Shown here: positions 1-11,170 of the stretch, in pieces
How positions within the stretch are numbered: the stretch's first letter is position 1
Layout of the letters: every line of letters begins with the position of its first letter
IMG/VR virus record: IMGVR_UViG_3300020123_000589
Span: 1-64,000 of that record
DNA: 64,000 bases
Source of the DNA: a virus
Strand: one strand, 5' to 3'
Position numbers and translations under genes: made by a program
Notes under the pieces: model-generated
The model's database searches: none
What the model was told of the DNA's origin: nothing
The model's input: the letters and a program-made list of their open reading frames with translations, nothing else

Positions 1-473
1 ATGGTAATGGATGTTGGACCTTTTAGATTTTATCGTGTTCAAGAGGGTGGCACTCTTTGTGTCAGCATCAAATGGTTGGATAATTTACCCTTTGGTTGGG
101 AATATAGTTGGGCAGATGTAGCTAGAGGTGAAGAACATCCCTGGATTAATTTAAGAATTGGAAAACTTAATATTTTTTCTTTTGAAGCTTGGAGATGGGG
201 ATTGGAATTTTGGTTTTTGGGATTTTGGATTATTTTATAAGATAGGAGAAAAATGTGGAACCAATAAATGAACGTGAAGCCCGTCAGTATTTCGATGACA
301 TTTATTTGGCAATTTTAGGTTCAAATATAAAGAACGGACATACTCAAGATCCAGAAGAACTTTTAAAAATAGCTCATCGTCAGTGGCAAGCATTAATAAA
401 ACACATGAAAGAGTTAAGGGTAGACGAGATTTAAGCAGTACGATATAAACTAAAAACACAAAGGAGAATCAAA

Positions 474-659
474 ATGGCAAGACGTACATTATCAGCACAA
501 GTCAAAGAAGGAATCCTACGCGATTTAGCGGCAGGTGTTAGTCCAGCAGTTGTAGCAAAAACGTTTGGAATCAGTATTCCAACAGCGTATAATTATAAAA
601 ATCGCGCTGCGGCTTCAGCAGTACCAGTAGAGCAGTTGGAGAACACGGCTGGTTGCTAA
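474..659 (+). CDS. small HTH DNA-binding protein
   Basis: GVSPAVVAKTFGISIPTAYNY helix-turn-helix pattern; AAGGAG RBS upstream. Confidence 0.6.
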   Translation: MARRTLSAQVKEGILRDLAAGVSPAVVAKTFGISIPTAYNYKNRAAASAVPVEQLENTAGC

Positions 660-836
660 TGGATCTGCATTACAGCATAAGAGAGCTAAATGATATCGAG
701 GCAAGGGTGAGCCGTTCCATTGGTGCATTAGAGGCCAATGGAACGCTCATCGGCACCGAACACTCTCTGATCGTAATAAAGAACTTGATTGAAGAGAATA
801 AGCAGCTTAGGGATGAATTGGTGAAAAGGAATTCAA

Positions 837-1199
837 ATGAATCTTAAATTCTTCGATCTCGCTAAGAAAGTTTCAAAGCTTTCCAATCACAAGCATCATA
901 AGATTGGTAGTGTGATTGTGCGTGGAAACAAAGTAATAAGTGTCGGAATCAATAACATTAAAACCCATCCTCGTAGCTTGCACCCGTTCTTCTCGCTTCA
1001 TTCGGAGATGGCCGCTATCTTGTTGGCCAAGCAGGATTTAATTGGTTGTGAAATTTATGTGTTCAGGCAGATTAAGGATGGCACTACTGCAATAGCGAAG
1101 CCCTGCCAGTATTGTGAGCAGATGATTAAAGAAGCATCGATAAAAGAAATACATTACACTGTTACAAATGGGTATAAATCGGAGAAAGTGAATGCGTGA
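837..1199 (+). CDS. zinc-dependent cytidine/dCMP deaminase family protein
   Basis: HSE (HxE) and PCQYC (PCxxC) motifs; KIGSVIV strand. Confidence 0.8.
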   Translation: MNLKFFDLAKKVSKLSNHKHHKIGSVIVRGNKVISVGINNIKTHPRSLHPFFSLHSEMAAILLAKQDLIGCEIYVFRQIKDGTTAIAKPCQYCEQMIKEASIKEIHYTVTNGYKSEKVNA

Positions 1200-1641
1200 A
1201 GTTAAAGGTAATCTTTTCGACCAAAAGGTAGATGTCGTTTGTGTGACAACCAATGGCAGCTTAAAGGCTGATGGTAGAGCCGTTATGGGAGCTGGTTGTG
1301 CAAAGCAAGCAGCTGAAATGTTTCCAGAACTTCCATTGATCCTAGGAACGAAACTTCAAACATTTGGGAATTACCTTCATTATCTAAAATACTACGAAGA
1401 TCGTGGTTACACAATCTGCTCATTTCCTGTAAAACATTTCTGGCAAGATCAACAAGCGGATTTAAAATTAATCGAAGCATCTTGTAAGGATTTGGTTGAA
1501 TCTACAATGCCAGATGTCAAAGTTGCACTTGTGCGTCCTGGATGTGGAGTAGGTAGAAGGGATTGGGAAACAGAAGTAAAACCCCTTTTGTCGAAGTACC
1601 TTGATGATCGCTTCATCGTGGTGGATAATGGAAATGTGTAG
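1192..1641 (+). CDS. macrodomain protein (ADP-ribose binding/hydrolase)
   Basis: GNLFD, VCVTTNG, MGAGCAK, FPVK, PGCGVG motifs. Confidence 0.8.
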   Translation: MREVKGNLFDQKVDVVCVTTNGSLKADGRAVMGAGCAKQAAEMFPELPLILGTKLQTFGNYLHYLKYYEDRGYTICSFPVKHFWQDQQADLKLIEASCKDLVESTMPDVKVALVRPGCGVGRRDWETEVKPLLSKYLDDRFIVVDNGNV

Positions 1642-1903
1642 CCATTCCCACACTAAGATTAAAACTTCTCATTATCCATTGACGGGTGATGGACAACGTG
1701 TGTGGATCTTAAACGAATTTTGTTTGACTTGTGGGGAAAAACTTAAAACGAAAGAAAGGATATTTTATGGAAACAATTAAAACAAAGAAAGAAAAGAAAA
1801 CCAAAGCAATAAAGAAACAAAAAATTAATCGTAATAAAGTTCTTTACAAAAATCTGCTTGATCTCAGAGAATTATTGAAAGACAAAGAAGAGTACCGACT
1901 AGG

Positions 1904-2203
1904 ATGAAAAAGTTACTCGTTCTTTCTTTGCTGTTGACAGGCTGTGCTTCTGTAAAGTATAGAGTTGTTGGGTGGTATGGGGTAAGTACAGATACGGCCA
2001 ATCACGTTATGCTGGAAAATGGAAAGGTAGCTACTATTGTAGGAAACCCAAGAATTACCTGCTACACTGATTATGTGCATCTTTTAGCAGATGGGTATTT
2101 TGTGAACCTTTTTGGGGGATATTTAGTTGTAGATCAATTTGGCAAAGATTATGTATGGCTTAACGATTCAGGAAACTATTGTGTGCTTGGAGACAAAGAG
2201 TAA
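1904..2203 (+). CDS. putative lipoprotein
   Basis: MKKLLVLSLLLTGC lipobox. Confidence 0.55.
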   Translation: MKKLLVLSLLLTGCASVKYRVVGWYGVSTDTANHVMLENGKVATIVGNPRITCYTDYVHLLADGYFVNLFGGYLVVDQFGKDYVWLNDSGNYCVLGDKE

Positions 2204-2848
2204 TGTGTTGTCCTAAGTGTGGTGTAATACTTCATTTAGATCCACAGAGTAAAGAAACGAACATGTCTTTTAACACTACAAAGTTTGGTAAGGTTCCTGA
2301 AGGATTTTATCAATGCTGGGGTTGTGGCTTTGCAAGACCCGAAGTTTGGTGGGATGCGATTGAGCTTGATGTGCACACAGAAATTAAATTCCCAGAAGAA
2401 AAGAAAGAGGAAGAGTTGCCAGAAGAATTAACTGGATATTGTGAAAGCCCATGGGCGGAATAAAATGAGTGGTATTAGAAAACTTAAAATTACTTGTCCG
2501 AAATGCAGTGGCTTCCGTGCCATTGCTGGTAAAAGTACTGGAGCTTATCCTGGTGTACCTGCCACTCTGCCATGCCCACGTTGCAATAGCACAGGTGAAG
2601 TGTTCGAAGATAGTTTAACTGAAGCAGAAAGAAATCCAAAGCCAAAACAATTCTTTTTAAGAGATGACAACCCCTAATGTCAAAGAAACAAAAACTCAAA
2701 ACAGGTCCTAAATCCAAACCTACCTGTGCTAAAGGACATAACATTGCTGTCGTGGGCCGTACTAAGTCGGGTAACTGTAAACAATGCAAGAGCGATTATT
2801 ACAGAGTACGTAGAGAATTTATTCGTGACCATTTCAATGAAAAGCTCT

Positions 2849-2880
2849 CTTAAAACTATAATAAAATGTGGTATTATTAG
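2849..2880 (+). promoter_or_regulatory. variant of the phage late promoter-like motif
   Basis: CTTAAAACTATAATAAAATGTGGTATTATTAG, similar to the motif at 53878 and 63484. Confidence 0.55.
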
Positions 2881-2919
2881 ATACCATACACGCTGTTATT
2901 ATAGTTTAAGGAGCCACAT

Positions 2920-3771
2920 ATGAATGCTCATGCTGAAAAAGCAATTTTAAAAAATAGGAATGGATACAGAAAAACAATGCCAAATTGGAAAAAGCTTGAT
3001 AGGAAAATTAAGCAAGCAAATAAAAATTTTAGGTTAGTCAAAAGTACTTATCGTGGATTTAAATATTATGCCCAATTTTTTGATGTAAAATTTGGATATT
3101 TTTGGGCTAGAGTTGCAGATGTATATTTTGGTAAAATACGACACCATCCTAAAGATAGTAACATAAGAGTCAAAACAGCAAAAGAAGTTGAACAACTTGT
3201 TCAACTTAAAAATCCAAATGTATCTCTTATTTATAAAACGTATAAAGGTTCTAAAATTTTATGCAAGTGGTTTGAAAAAGGTTACGGATATTTTTGGTCA
3301 GTTCCAAATTATATGACGGCTAAGAAAAATGAAACCGTTGGGCATCCGAAATCTATGGGACTTCGCATAACCAAAGTTAAAGAGCGGAATTTATTAAATA
3401 AGTACGGTGTTACTAACGTAATGCAGATTCCTGAAATAGCCTTTAAATCCCAACATAACGGTCTTTATATTACCGTTTTAAAACATTGGAAAACAGGTAA
3501 AAAACTTTTTTGTAAAGGATCTTATGAAGTTAGAGTTGTAAGCTTTTTAAATTTTAATAAAATAGATTTTAATTGGCAAATCCCAATTAAACTCCTCAAT
3601 AGCAAACGTTTATACATTTGTGATTTATACCTTCCCGATTCTGATGTGTATATCGAAATTAAAGGATGCTGGAGGGGGCCCTCTCGATCAAAATGGTTAG
3701 AATTTAAACACAAATTTCCAAATTCCGTCTTATGGTCAACGAAGGTGCTTAAGCAATTAGGAATATTATGA
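2920..3771 (+). CDS. putative PD-(D/E)xK homing endonuclease
   Basis: Very basic; KYGVTNVMQIPEI linker; C-terminal YICDLYLP..YIEIKG nuclease motif. Confidence 0.65.
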   Translation: MNAHAEKAILKNRNGYRKTMPNWKKLDRKIKQANKNFRLVKSTYRGFKYYAQFFDVKFGYFWARVADVYFGKIRHHPKDSNIRVKTAKEVEQLVQLKNPNVSLIYKTYKGSKILCKWFEKGYGYFWSVPNYMTAKKNETVGHPKSMGLRITKVKERNLLNKYGVTNVMQIPEIAFKSQHNGLYITVLKHWKTGKKLFCKGSYEVRVVSFLNFNKIDFNWQIPIKLLNSKRLYICDLYLPDSDVYIEIKGCWRGPSRSKWLEFKHKFPNSVLWSTKVLKQLGIL

Positions 3772-4349
3772 GTAAAAAACAAAAGTATAGTGACAATTGT
3801 ATACTCGTAATTGATATCGAGGCAACATGCCTTGAAAACCAGAATGGTCAACCACAAGAAGAATTTATTAGCGAGATTATCGAAATTGGCTACGCCGTTC
3901 TGGATTACAAAATAAACGAAATTAAAGGAACGGGATCAATAATTATTAAACCCATACAATCAGTAGTTACGAAATTTTGTACTGATTTGACTGGACATAC
4001 TCAAGAATCTGTAGATCGTGGAATTTCTTTTGCAGAAGCATGTCAGACATTGCAAAGTGATTTGATGTCTGGTGGTAGGCTTTGGGCTTCCTACGGAAAT
4101 TACGACCTTGACATGTTTAAAAAGGAATGCCAGAGAAAGAACGTTAAGTATCCGTTTGTTGCACAGCACCTCAACATAAAAGCGATGGCGACTGTGCTTA
4201 ATGGCAGTGTTAATGGATTAGGACGCACCCTATCCTTACTCAAGATGAACTTTGAAGGGCGGCACCATTCAGGCCACGATGATGCTTACAACACTGCCAG
4301 GATTCTCCAGCATTACAAGAATAAATTTGGAGCACAAATTTTTGCATAA
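3768..4349 (+). CDS. DEDDh 3'-5' exonuclease (ERI-1/KapD-like)
   Basis: VIDIEATC, EIIEIG, YD..M, HHSGHDDAYNTA motifs. Confidence 0.85.
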   Translation: MSKKQKYSDNCILVIDIEATCLENQNGQPQEEFISEIIEIGYAVLDYKINEIKGTGSIIIKPIQSVVTKFCTDLTGHTQESVDRGISFAEACQTLQSDLMSGGRLWASYGNYDLDMFKKECQRKNVKYPFVAQHLNIKAMATVLNGSVNGLGRTLSLLKMNFEGRHHSGHDDAYNTARILQHYKNKFGAQIFA

Positions 4350-4539
4350 TTGTATCTGCGGTCATTCTGAAGAAGAACACGAAGCACATAAACTTAGTAT
4401 GATGAATCTAGGTGGTGTTCATTGGTGTAGAGGGTGTTCTATTGAAAATAGATTTTCTCCTCCAAACATGTTTCACGATTTCAAATTAGACAATCTCTCT
4501 TATATTGAAGATTTAGCTAAGAAAAAGGGCCTAATTTAG
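4342..4539 (+). CDS. DNL-tag family, Zn-binding class A
   Basis: CICGH..H..CRGC..HDFKLDNLSYIEDLAKKKGLI; TTG start inferred (ORF track begins at 4252). Confidence 0.7.
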   Translation: MHNCICGHSEEEHEAHKLSMMNLGGVHWCRGCSIENRFSPPNMFHDFKLDNLSYIEDLAKKKGLI

Positions 4540-4564
4540 TTGATTTTTAGATGCAAAATAACCC

Positions 4565-4593
4565 TTGACAAACCTTCCTTTTTCTGCTATACT
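4565..4593 (+). promoter_or_regulatory. sigma70-type promoter
   Basis: TTGACA-17 nt-TATACT with TGn extension, intergenic. Confidence 0.85.
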
Positions 4594-4631
4594 TAAGAGA
4601 CAAGGAATAGAAGCAAAAAGGAGATCAAACT

Positions 4632-5216
4632 ATGACTCACAAGAGCGTAATTTTGTCTGCCATTGCCCTTGCTTCAATTCTTACCCTGGGGATCGAGAAA
4701 ATTATTTATTTGCCCAGCACAATGAAGGTGTATCGTCGTAATTTGAAGGATCTGCATTATTACAAAGAAGCTACACTCTTAACTGACTGTCTTTATCGTG
4801 AAGGCACTCCAGTCAGCACTAGAACGATTAAAGAAACTCTTGAAGCTATTGATAAGTTTGTACCTAAGTATTTTCCCAACGGTCCTTACACTCGTGAAGA
4901 TTTTGTAGCTATGGCATGGTTGGAATCTGGGTTTAATCAGTTTGAAGTGGGAACTCATGGAGAGAAAGGTATTTTCCAAATCATGCCGGATGAATACCAG
5001 GATAACAACATCAAATTAAATAAATACGATATTGCTACCAACACTGAACTTTGTATGACTGTTTTGCAAGCAAAGTTTCACAAATTTCCAGATTATAAAA
5101 AAGCCGTGATTGCTTACAATGGGGTTGTTCGAAATAAAAACGGCAAATGGTCAGAGAAGTATTGGAAAGGTTTTGAGAAGCGCAGATCTGTGGTGGATAC
5201 GTTATTTAATTCATGA
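4632..5216 (+). CDS. lytic transglycosylase (SLT domain) with N-terminal TM/signal segment
   Basis: AMAWLESGFN, GEKGIFQIMP, AVIAYNG. Confidence 0.8.
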   Translation: MTHKSVILSAIALASILTLGIEKIIYLPSTMKVYRRNLKDLHYYKEATLLTDCLYREGTPVSTRTIKETLEAIDKFVPKYFPNGPYTREDFVAMAWLESGFNQFEVGTHGEKGIFQIMPDEYQDNNIKLNKYDIATNTELCMTVLQAKFHKFPDYKKAVIAYNGVVRNKNGKWSEKYWKGFEKRRSVVDTLFNS

Positions 5217-5416
5217 GGATAAAAGTTTTATGCAGATGTGGGCATGAGAAACGGGAACACCAAAAAGATTATATAGTTTGCGTTGGATGTTTTACTAAAT
5301 ATGAAGGTTGGAAGAGGAACAAAAATACAAAAGCTTTGGAACTTGGATGTAGAAAGTTTGTTCCAGATAACCTGGATTACATAGAAAAGTTGGCAAAGAG
5401 TAGAGGACTTGTGTGA
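5213..5416 (+). CDS. DNL-tag family, class A
   Basis: CRCGH..H..CVGC..CRKFVPDNLDYIEKLAKSRGLV. Confidence 0.75.
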   Translation: MRIKVLCRCGHEKREHQKDYIVCVGCFTKYEGWKRNKNTKALELGCRKFVPDNLDYIEKLAKSRGLV

Positions 5417-5955
5417 GTACATTTTGGCTGTCTATTTTATTCTTTGTGATTGGATTGATTGAATTTGCGGTCGATCAATACGAGAAATTAGTATCGGTCA
5501 GGTTAAAAATACTGCCCACGTTGCTTTACAGTGTCATAAACAACTCGATTGATTTTCTTATGTACGTTTTTCTCTTTAAAATTTTGATTCAGTTTTGGGA
5601 GAATTGGCACGATGGGGTTCACGACTATTACAAACTCATTCCCTTCATTGCGTATACGGTTGGTAAGATTGTTGGAACTGTCGGAGCCCTTTACGTTTAT
5701 TCTGAAACAAAGAAAAAGAAAGACAGAGAAAAAGCTTTAAAATTAGCTGAGCGGCAGCACAAGAAAACAAATGGCAAGAAACGAACCAAGAGACAGAAAG
5801 CTAAAGATGACAAACATAATTCAGATGTAGCAGCTACTATGCTTGATCCTGTTGAAATGGAAGATTTAAAAGCAGAAGTGAAAGAACGCGCCATTGAAAA
5901 TGCAACGCAGCAAATTTCTAAAAAAATTGACGAGGCTCTAAATGAAAACAATTAA
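5413..5955 (+). CDS. membrane protein
   Basis: About three hydrophobic segments followed by a basic/acidic tail. Confidence 0.55.
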   Translation: MSTFWLSILFFVIGLIEFAVDQYEKLVSVRLKILPTLLYSVINNSIDFLMYVFLFKILIQFWENWHDGVHDYYKLIPFIAYTVGKIVGTVGALYVYSETKKKKDREKALKLAERQHKKTNGKKRTKRQKAKDDKHNSDVAATMLDPVEMEDLKAEVKERAIENATQQISKKIDEALNENN

Positions 5956-6842
5956 AGCAAGTTTAAAATTAAATAAGAATGGTAGGTTGTTTTGCAGCGT
6001 TCACAACACGTACAGAGTGGTTAAACCGCCAAAGAGTAATTGTAAAATTTGTTGGGTTCTTTACAACAACTCTTCCAAGCAAGATATCATAGATTATTTA
6101 ACAGAAATCTTGGATAGGAACGGAACATTATAAATGAACCCAATTAAAGCGCAACGTACCTGGCATTCCCTTTCAACCAAATGGATTAATGCTTCTCCCT
6201 ACGGGATGGGAAGTTTTTCTCCACGACCCAAAAGAAATTCAAGACGCAAATCTAAAGTGAAGCGAGGGTTGTTGGTGAATTATATTCCCGTAGAAGTGGT
6301 AAACGCTATCACAGGTGAAGTATCAAAAGGGTATATGCGTGACCTTTCAATTAAACGGTTGCGTAAATGGCTTGAATTCCACAACCACAAAGCCCAGGTG
6401 GAGCAAGTGTACCTTTCAAATAAAACTACCCTTCAGCACTTATCTGAAAAGGATATAAAAGATTTCCCCATCCTAATAAAATTAGGCAGGTATCAAGTAC
6501 CCTACTTGATCGACCACGCTAGAGCGGATATAATTGTACGTGGTAGGAAAACAGTGACACTCAATTTAAAAACTGTGGATAATTTAAAATACCTTGAAAC
6601 TATAGCAGATAGAAAGAGTAAAGTGATTAGATTATTTAATAAAATTAAGAAAACTAAAAAGTCTAAATGATAAATAAACAGTGGATGAATGATTTTGCTT
6701 ATGAGGTAAAGAAATGTCCCAAATGCCATCAAAAATCCTTCTGCTTGATTTTTAGCAGCGAAGAGTTTGGAGATGAGTGGGAATGTGCTGAAGACAGGTG
6801 TGGATACAATCCAAAGTGTTCATGCAACAATTGTAAAATAAG

Positions 6843-7157
6843 ATGAAGTATCCAGGTGATTGGTTTTGTAAATTGTGTGAAAAACAATTTAAAAGCCACC
6901 TTCAAATCGGTGAAGAAGCGATTGAGTTTGATTACCTAAATGAAAACGGTGGTAAAATTAAAGTAAAAAACAACAATAATTGGTGTTTTGAAGATGTCCC
7001 CACCGCCAATACAGAACAAAATAGTTGGGTATTTGAGCCTGTAGATAACTTGACCCAGGTTGAACTATTGGCTAAACAGAGGGGCATAACAAAAGGGAAA
7101 AACCCTAGTAAAATACCCCTTGACAAACAAGAAGATAGCAGGTATACTATAAAATAA
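6843..7157 (+). CDS. DNL-tag family, class A variant
   Basis: YPGDWFCKLC..H..NWC..FEPVDNLTQVELLAKQRGI; paralog of 7182. Confidence 0.7.
   Translation: MKYPGDWFCKLCEKQFKSHLQIGEEAIEFDYLNENGGKIKVKNNNNWCFEDVPTANTEQNSWVFEPVDNLTQVELLAKQRGITKGKNPSKIPLDKQEDSRYTIK
7120..7148 (+). promoter_or_regulatory. sigma70-type promoter
   Basis: TTGACA-17 nt-TATACT. Confidence 0.8.
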
Positions 7158-7181
7158 AGATAGGGCAGAGAAGGTTGAGAT

Positions 7182-7475
7182 ATGAAAGGTAAGAGCTTAA
7201 TAGGAGGTGTGGAACAAGAGGGTAAGAGGATTTACCCTCCAGATTGGCCTTGTAAAGCTTGTGGTAGAGCTTGGAAGGTTCATGTGAAAAAAGGGGAGCC
7301 CTCTTACGATAAAAGTCCTTGGCTAGATAATTGGTGTTGGGGACGGATTAAAGGATCAGACAAATTAATGGAGAATCAATTAAAGAAGCTACTCTTCTTC
7401 ATACCTGTAGACAATCTTTCATACATTGAGATTAAAGCCAAGTCAGCAGGGAAGTTGAATAAAAGGAATAAATAA
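7182..7475 (+). CDS. DNL-tag family, class A variant
   Basis: YPPDWPCKAC..H..NWC..FIPVDNLSYIEIKAK. Confidence 0.7.
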   Translation: MKGKSLIGGVEQEGKRIYPPDWPCKACGRAWKVHVKKGEPSYDKSPWLDNWCWGRIKGSDKLMENQLKKLLFFIPVDNLSYIEIKAKSAGKLNKRNK

Positions 7476-8002
7476 TGGGCAGTTGTCTTTTGTTGATAAT
7501 TTTATTGCTTTCTGTTAAGTGTTTGCTTGCAGGACATATTTTAATAGGCGTACTTCCATGGATGATTTTAGGAATTGGTGCATATTTTCGACCCAATTAT
7601 CCGTGGGGTCCTGATGGTCCTCGCTAAGGAGAATGAATAAAATGTCTTATCCGATATCTAGATGTCGCTTTCCAAATGACGTGCTTAAAATTATTTCCTT
7701 GGCAAGTAGCCACGGAATAGCAGCTTCTGTAATTGAAGCAGAAAAAGCATGGGAAGAGGCTTCAGATGATGCTTGCGCTGGATGGCTTGGTGTAAATGCT
7801 TTTAGCGATGAAGAGATTTGGGATAGGTTGCCCAGTTGGTTTAAAGGCGAAGAAGAGGATGATGATACAAATGATTAAATGTGTCATAGATGACGGAGCA
7901 AAACTCAAAATATACATTGTTGGTCTTTTTCTTGGATTCTTGTGTGGACTTGAATTTGGATATGCCATCTGGGGGATAAGATGAAACGAGAAATGAACAT
8001 CC

Positions 8003-8031
8003 TTGACAAATTCGCTTACTGGGTATATAAT
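8003..8031 (+). promoter_or_regulatory. sigma70-type promoter
   Basis: TTGACA-17 nt-TATAAT. Confidence 0.75.
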
Positions 8032-8517
8032 TTTATTATGTGGGCGACAAGGTGAGTAGAGCGAGTTGTCTCTGTCCAAAGTGTTCAGATGAACAGTTTG
8101 ATCCATCTGAATGTATGTTTTGTGCTAGGAAAATAAAGGGTAAAGGGAATTTGAGAAGCACAAGCGGAGCTAGAATGTGTGTTGGATGTTTGAAAGAAGC
8201 TATGAAATTACTGGCAGAAATAATCGAGAAAGAGGCTAGTTAAAAATGTTATTCACTTTTTTGTTTCATGATGGAAGTGAGATTGTATTTCGCGCTTCCG
8301 ATGTAAAACATTTTACAGGTCACGCAGCGATTACAGATGCTACAATCGTAAAGAATACAAAGAATGGAGTTCCAGTTGGAAAGCATTTTGATAGATTTAA
8401 TATTGCATTGAATTCAGATCTTTTTGGAATGTATCCAGAAGAGGAAGCAAAAGAGTTTGTTGCTAATTGTACTGGTTTTTGTCATATCCATCATTTGACA
8501 CTTACATATTCTGGTAA

Positions 8518-8907
8518 GTGCCCTACGTGTGCCGAAGGAGAAATACCATTCTAATGTCAAATAAACTCTATCGTTGTGTTCGCCAAGGACATGTAGCTAA
8601 GCTCTTCGTAGATAATACAGAGTTATTATTGGATGTGGCTAATCAATTACACCCTTCTGATGCTACATGCGAATTTGGTTATTTTGGGAGTGGACCTTCA
8701 CAGACGGCACTGGCCATTCTCTTTGATGCGACTGGAGATAGAGAAAATTCATTAAAGTACTACCACGATTTTAAATTTGAATTCATCGCTCCTGCTCCTT
8801 ACGATCTTGGGTTCACAATTTTAGAAGAGCAGGTAAAATCATGGCTTAAAAACCGTATCGAAGCTAACAACAATAGTGGGCCAAGTGGGTGGGGTTGGGG
8901 AATTTAA
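8518..8907 (+). CDS. conserved hypothetical protein (DUF6166-like)
   Basis: EFGYFGSGPSQTALAIL..Y.DFKFEFIA motif. Confidence 0.5.
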   Translation: MPYVCRRRNTILMSNKLYRCVRQGHVAKLFVDNTELLLDVANQLHPSDATCEFGYFGSGPSQTALAILFDATGDRENSLKYYHDFKFEFIAPAPYDLGFTILEEQVKSWLKNRIEANNNSGPSGWGWGI

Positions 8908-9322
8908 ATGAGAATTGGAGGTTGTTTTCATGCGTAAATTGGAAGCAGTATTTGCTGTTGCACTCGGAGTAGCGTTGGTTGCCGTTCTTATCTGGGGTAT
9001 TGCAAAAGCTACCAAAGATTTGGCTAATACCATTGCGATGGGTATTGGTAACATTTCTACTCCTGTTGAATAAGTGGAGAATTTTATGATCCCTTGCGTG
9101 ATGTGTAATAAAGAGTTTGAGAAAAATCAGCTTGACTTTCTTGGCCGCTGCGACGATTGTTTTAAGCTGTTCATGACAATGCCAGAAGCAGATAGGCCGA
9201 AGCTAGGTGTGCCCTTCGTACCTATTTATAATGGCGATAAATAATGATGACTGAGTTAACTAGGTTGTTGTGGTCTTTATTTGCTGTCGGTATACTATGG
9301 ATTTTGTGGCGATAAATATCTC

Positions 9323-9351
9323 TTGACAAAGGGACAAATAGCTGCTACACT
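9323..9351 (+). promoter_or_regulatory. sigma70-type promoter upstream of the structured RNA
   Basis: TTGACA-17 nt-TACACT with TGn. Confidence 0.8.
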
Positions 9352-9365
9352 AAGTTTATAAGAAG

Positions 9366-9530
9366 TTCCTTGATAGCGGGAAGATAACCACAAAGACGTT
9401 AATCAGTCAGGTGTGGAAAGCAAGGTAGGAAAGTGTCCCCTTCTTCTAAGGGCTACCGAGAAAGTATACGAGAGCAGAGGATGTTGCTAGGAGTGATTAC
9501 TTACCAATACCCTCTCTCGCTACCAAGGAA
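9366..9530 (+). ncRNA. putative structured non-coding RNA
   Basis: No ORF of 60 aa or more; 5' TTCCTTGATAGCGGGA pairs with 3' TCTCGCTACCAAGGAA; inner helices TAATCA/TGATTA, GGTAG/CTACC, CCCTT/AAGGG. Confidence 0.6.
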
Positions 9531-10621
9531 TAGATTTGAAGGAGGCCACGGTTGGTCTTAAACCCTAAACGATCCTTCACCAATTTATGAACAAACTAAT
9601 TAAAATAGCTGTGTGGGCATTGGTAATAAGCATTCTTGCTTCCAGTGTGGGATTGATAGCAAGGGCTTTTGGGGATGATTACAAAACTCTATCACATCAA
9701 TTCAACGTTGTATACGCTGATCTGCTTTCTAAGAAAATCAAAGCATTCCCAAAGAATGCTCCTGTTATTTTGTTCCTAAAGAATGGTTCTGAAGTGGTTG
9801 GAATATTTAAAGGGTATAGCGAATACGATGAAGGTATTTGGATTAAAGAAAGAGGACATTGGTTGCAATCAGTTTACGGAATCAATGAGCTGTTTGACGT
9901 TTCTATTAACGTGAAGGAACCAGTGTAGAGGAATTATAATGATTGTATACTTATCTATTCTTGGAAAATTATTTGTTGATGGTGTAACAATAAGTATATT
10001 TCCCCATGGACCACTTCTTTTCGATGTATACAACTTAACTGGATACCTGATGGAAGTTCTGTTTAATGGAGATCGATTGAACGTTATGTTTGCTCTGTTA
10101 CATTTTTGGGGCGTACTATGATTACAACTGAAAATGGAATTACGTGGTATTGAATAAATGAACATTGAAAACTTCTGTGAGTTTGTCAAAGGCATTCATG
10201 CCGATCCCTTCAAATTGGTTAAAAATTTAACTTTGAGAGAGTATTACGCTTTGAAGGATCACATCCAGATGTGTAATAAATGTACACAGCTTTTAGATGA
10301 TGTGAATGAAAAGTACAGAGATTACAAACCAGATCCTAATTTTAATGATGGGAGGTTTAATTAAATGTTTTGTATAAATTTACACAATTTCTTTGCAGAT
10401 GCTGGCGAATGGTTTCTTTCTTGGCCACATCCTAAAGATTTTAAACGCAAGCCTTTTAGAGAGTGGGGCAGATAACATGAAATGCTGGTGGATATTCTTT
10501 CATGAATGGAAAATATGGGAAGATGTTCAAATTTATGACCCGTATGAAGGATTGGAAAATAGTGGCCAAAGACGTTACTGTACAAAGTGTGGAAAGAAAC
10601 AAGTAAGAAGGGTATTTTAAT

Positions 10622-10834
10622 ATGGCTGATATGCAAAAAGTGGCAAGCAGCAATATTGATGAAATAGGTTACGACAAAGTTGCTTGTGTCCTTTATGTTC
10701 GTTTCACTTCAGGCACTCTTTATAAATACTCCAACGTAGATGAAGGAGTGTTTGACCGATTTAAATTGGCTAAAAGTAAAGGAGCCTTCTTTGCAAAAGA
10801 AATCAGAGCGAGTTACAAAGCCGAAAAAGTCTAA
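10622..10834 (+). CDS. KTSC domain protein
   Basis: VASSNIDEIGYD..LYVRF.SG.LY.Y..V..SKG.FF pattern. Confidence 0.85.
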   Translation: MADMQKVASSNIDEIGYDKVACVLYVRFTSGTLYKYSNVDEGVFDRFKLAKSKGAFFAKEIRASYKAEKV

Positions 10835-11170
10835 GAAAGTATTTACCCCAAGTACACTTGAAGATCGCATAGAATTTTTGAGGAGTGCTATTAGAAGTGC
10901 AACCGAGAGAGATGGAGTACCCTGTATGTGTATTCTCTGCGAGGCATTACAGTTCGACTACATGGCTAAAATGGGTGAAATAAATTTAAAGACGGGAGAA
11001 CGAAAATGATTCACTTAAAGAGATTCGGGATAGGGTTGTTATTTATTTTGTTTATTTCGTTCATGTTAGCATTTATTTTTACGTTGGCAACATTTCCACG
11101 AGTAGCTCTTGGTTCGCTAATTGTATGTTTAGCTTATTTTATTGGTGCATTTATATCATCGGAGTAAGTA

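Noticed and set aside
9366-9530. tRNA, RNase P or tmRNA identity for the structured RNA
   Set aside because: No cloverleaf or T-loop, too short for RNase P or tmRNA, and only a brief GGAAAGTG resemblance.
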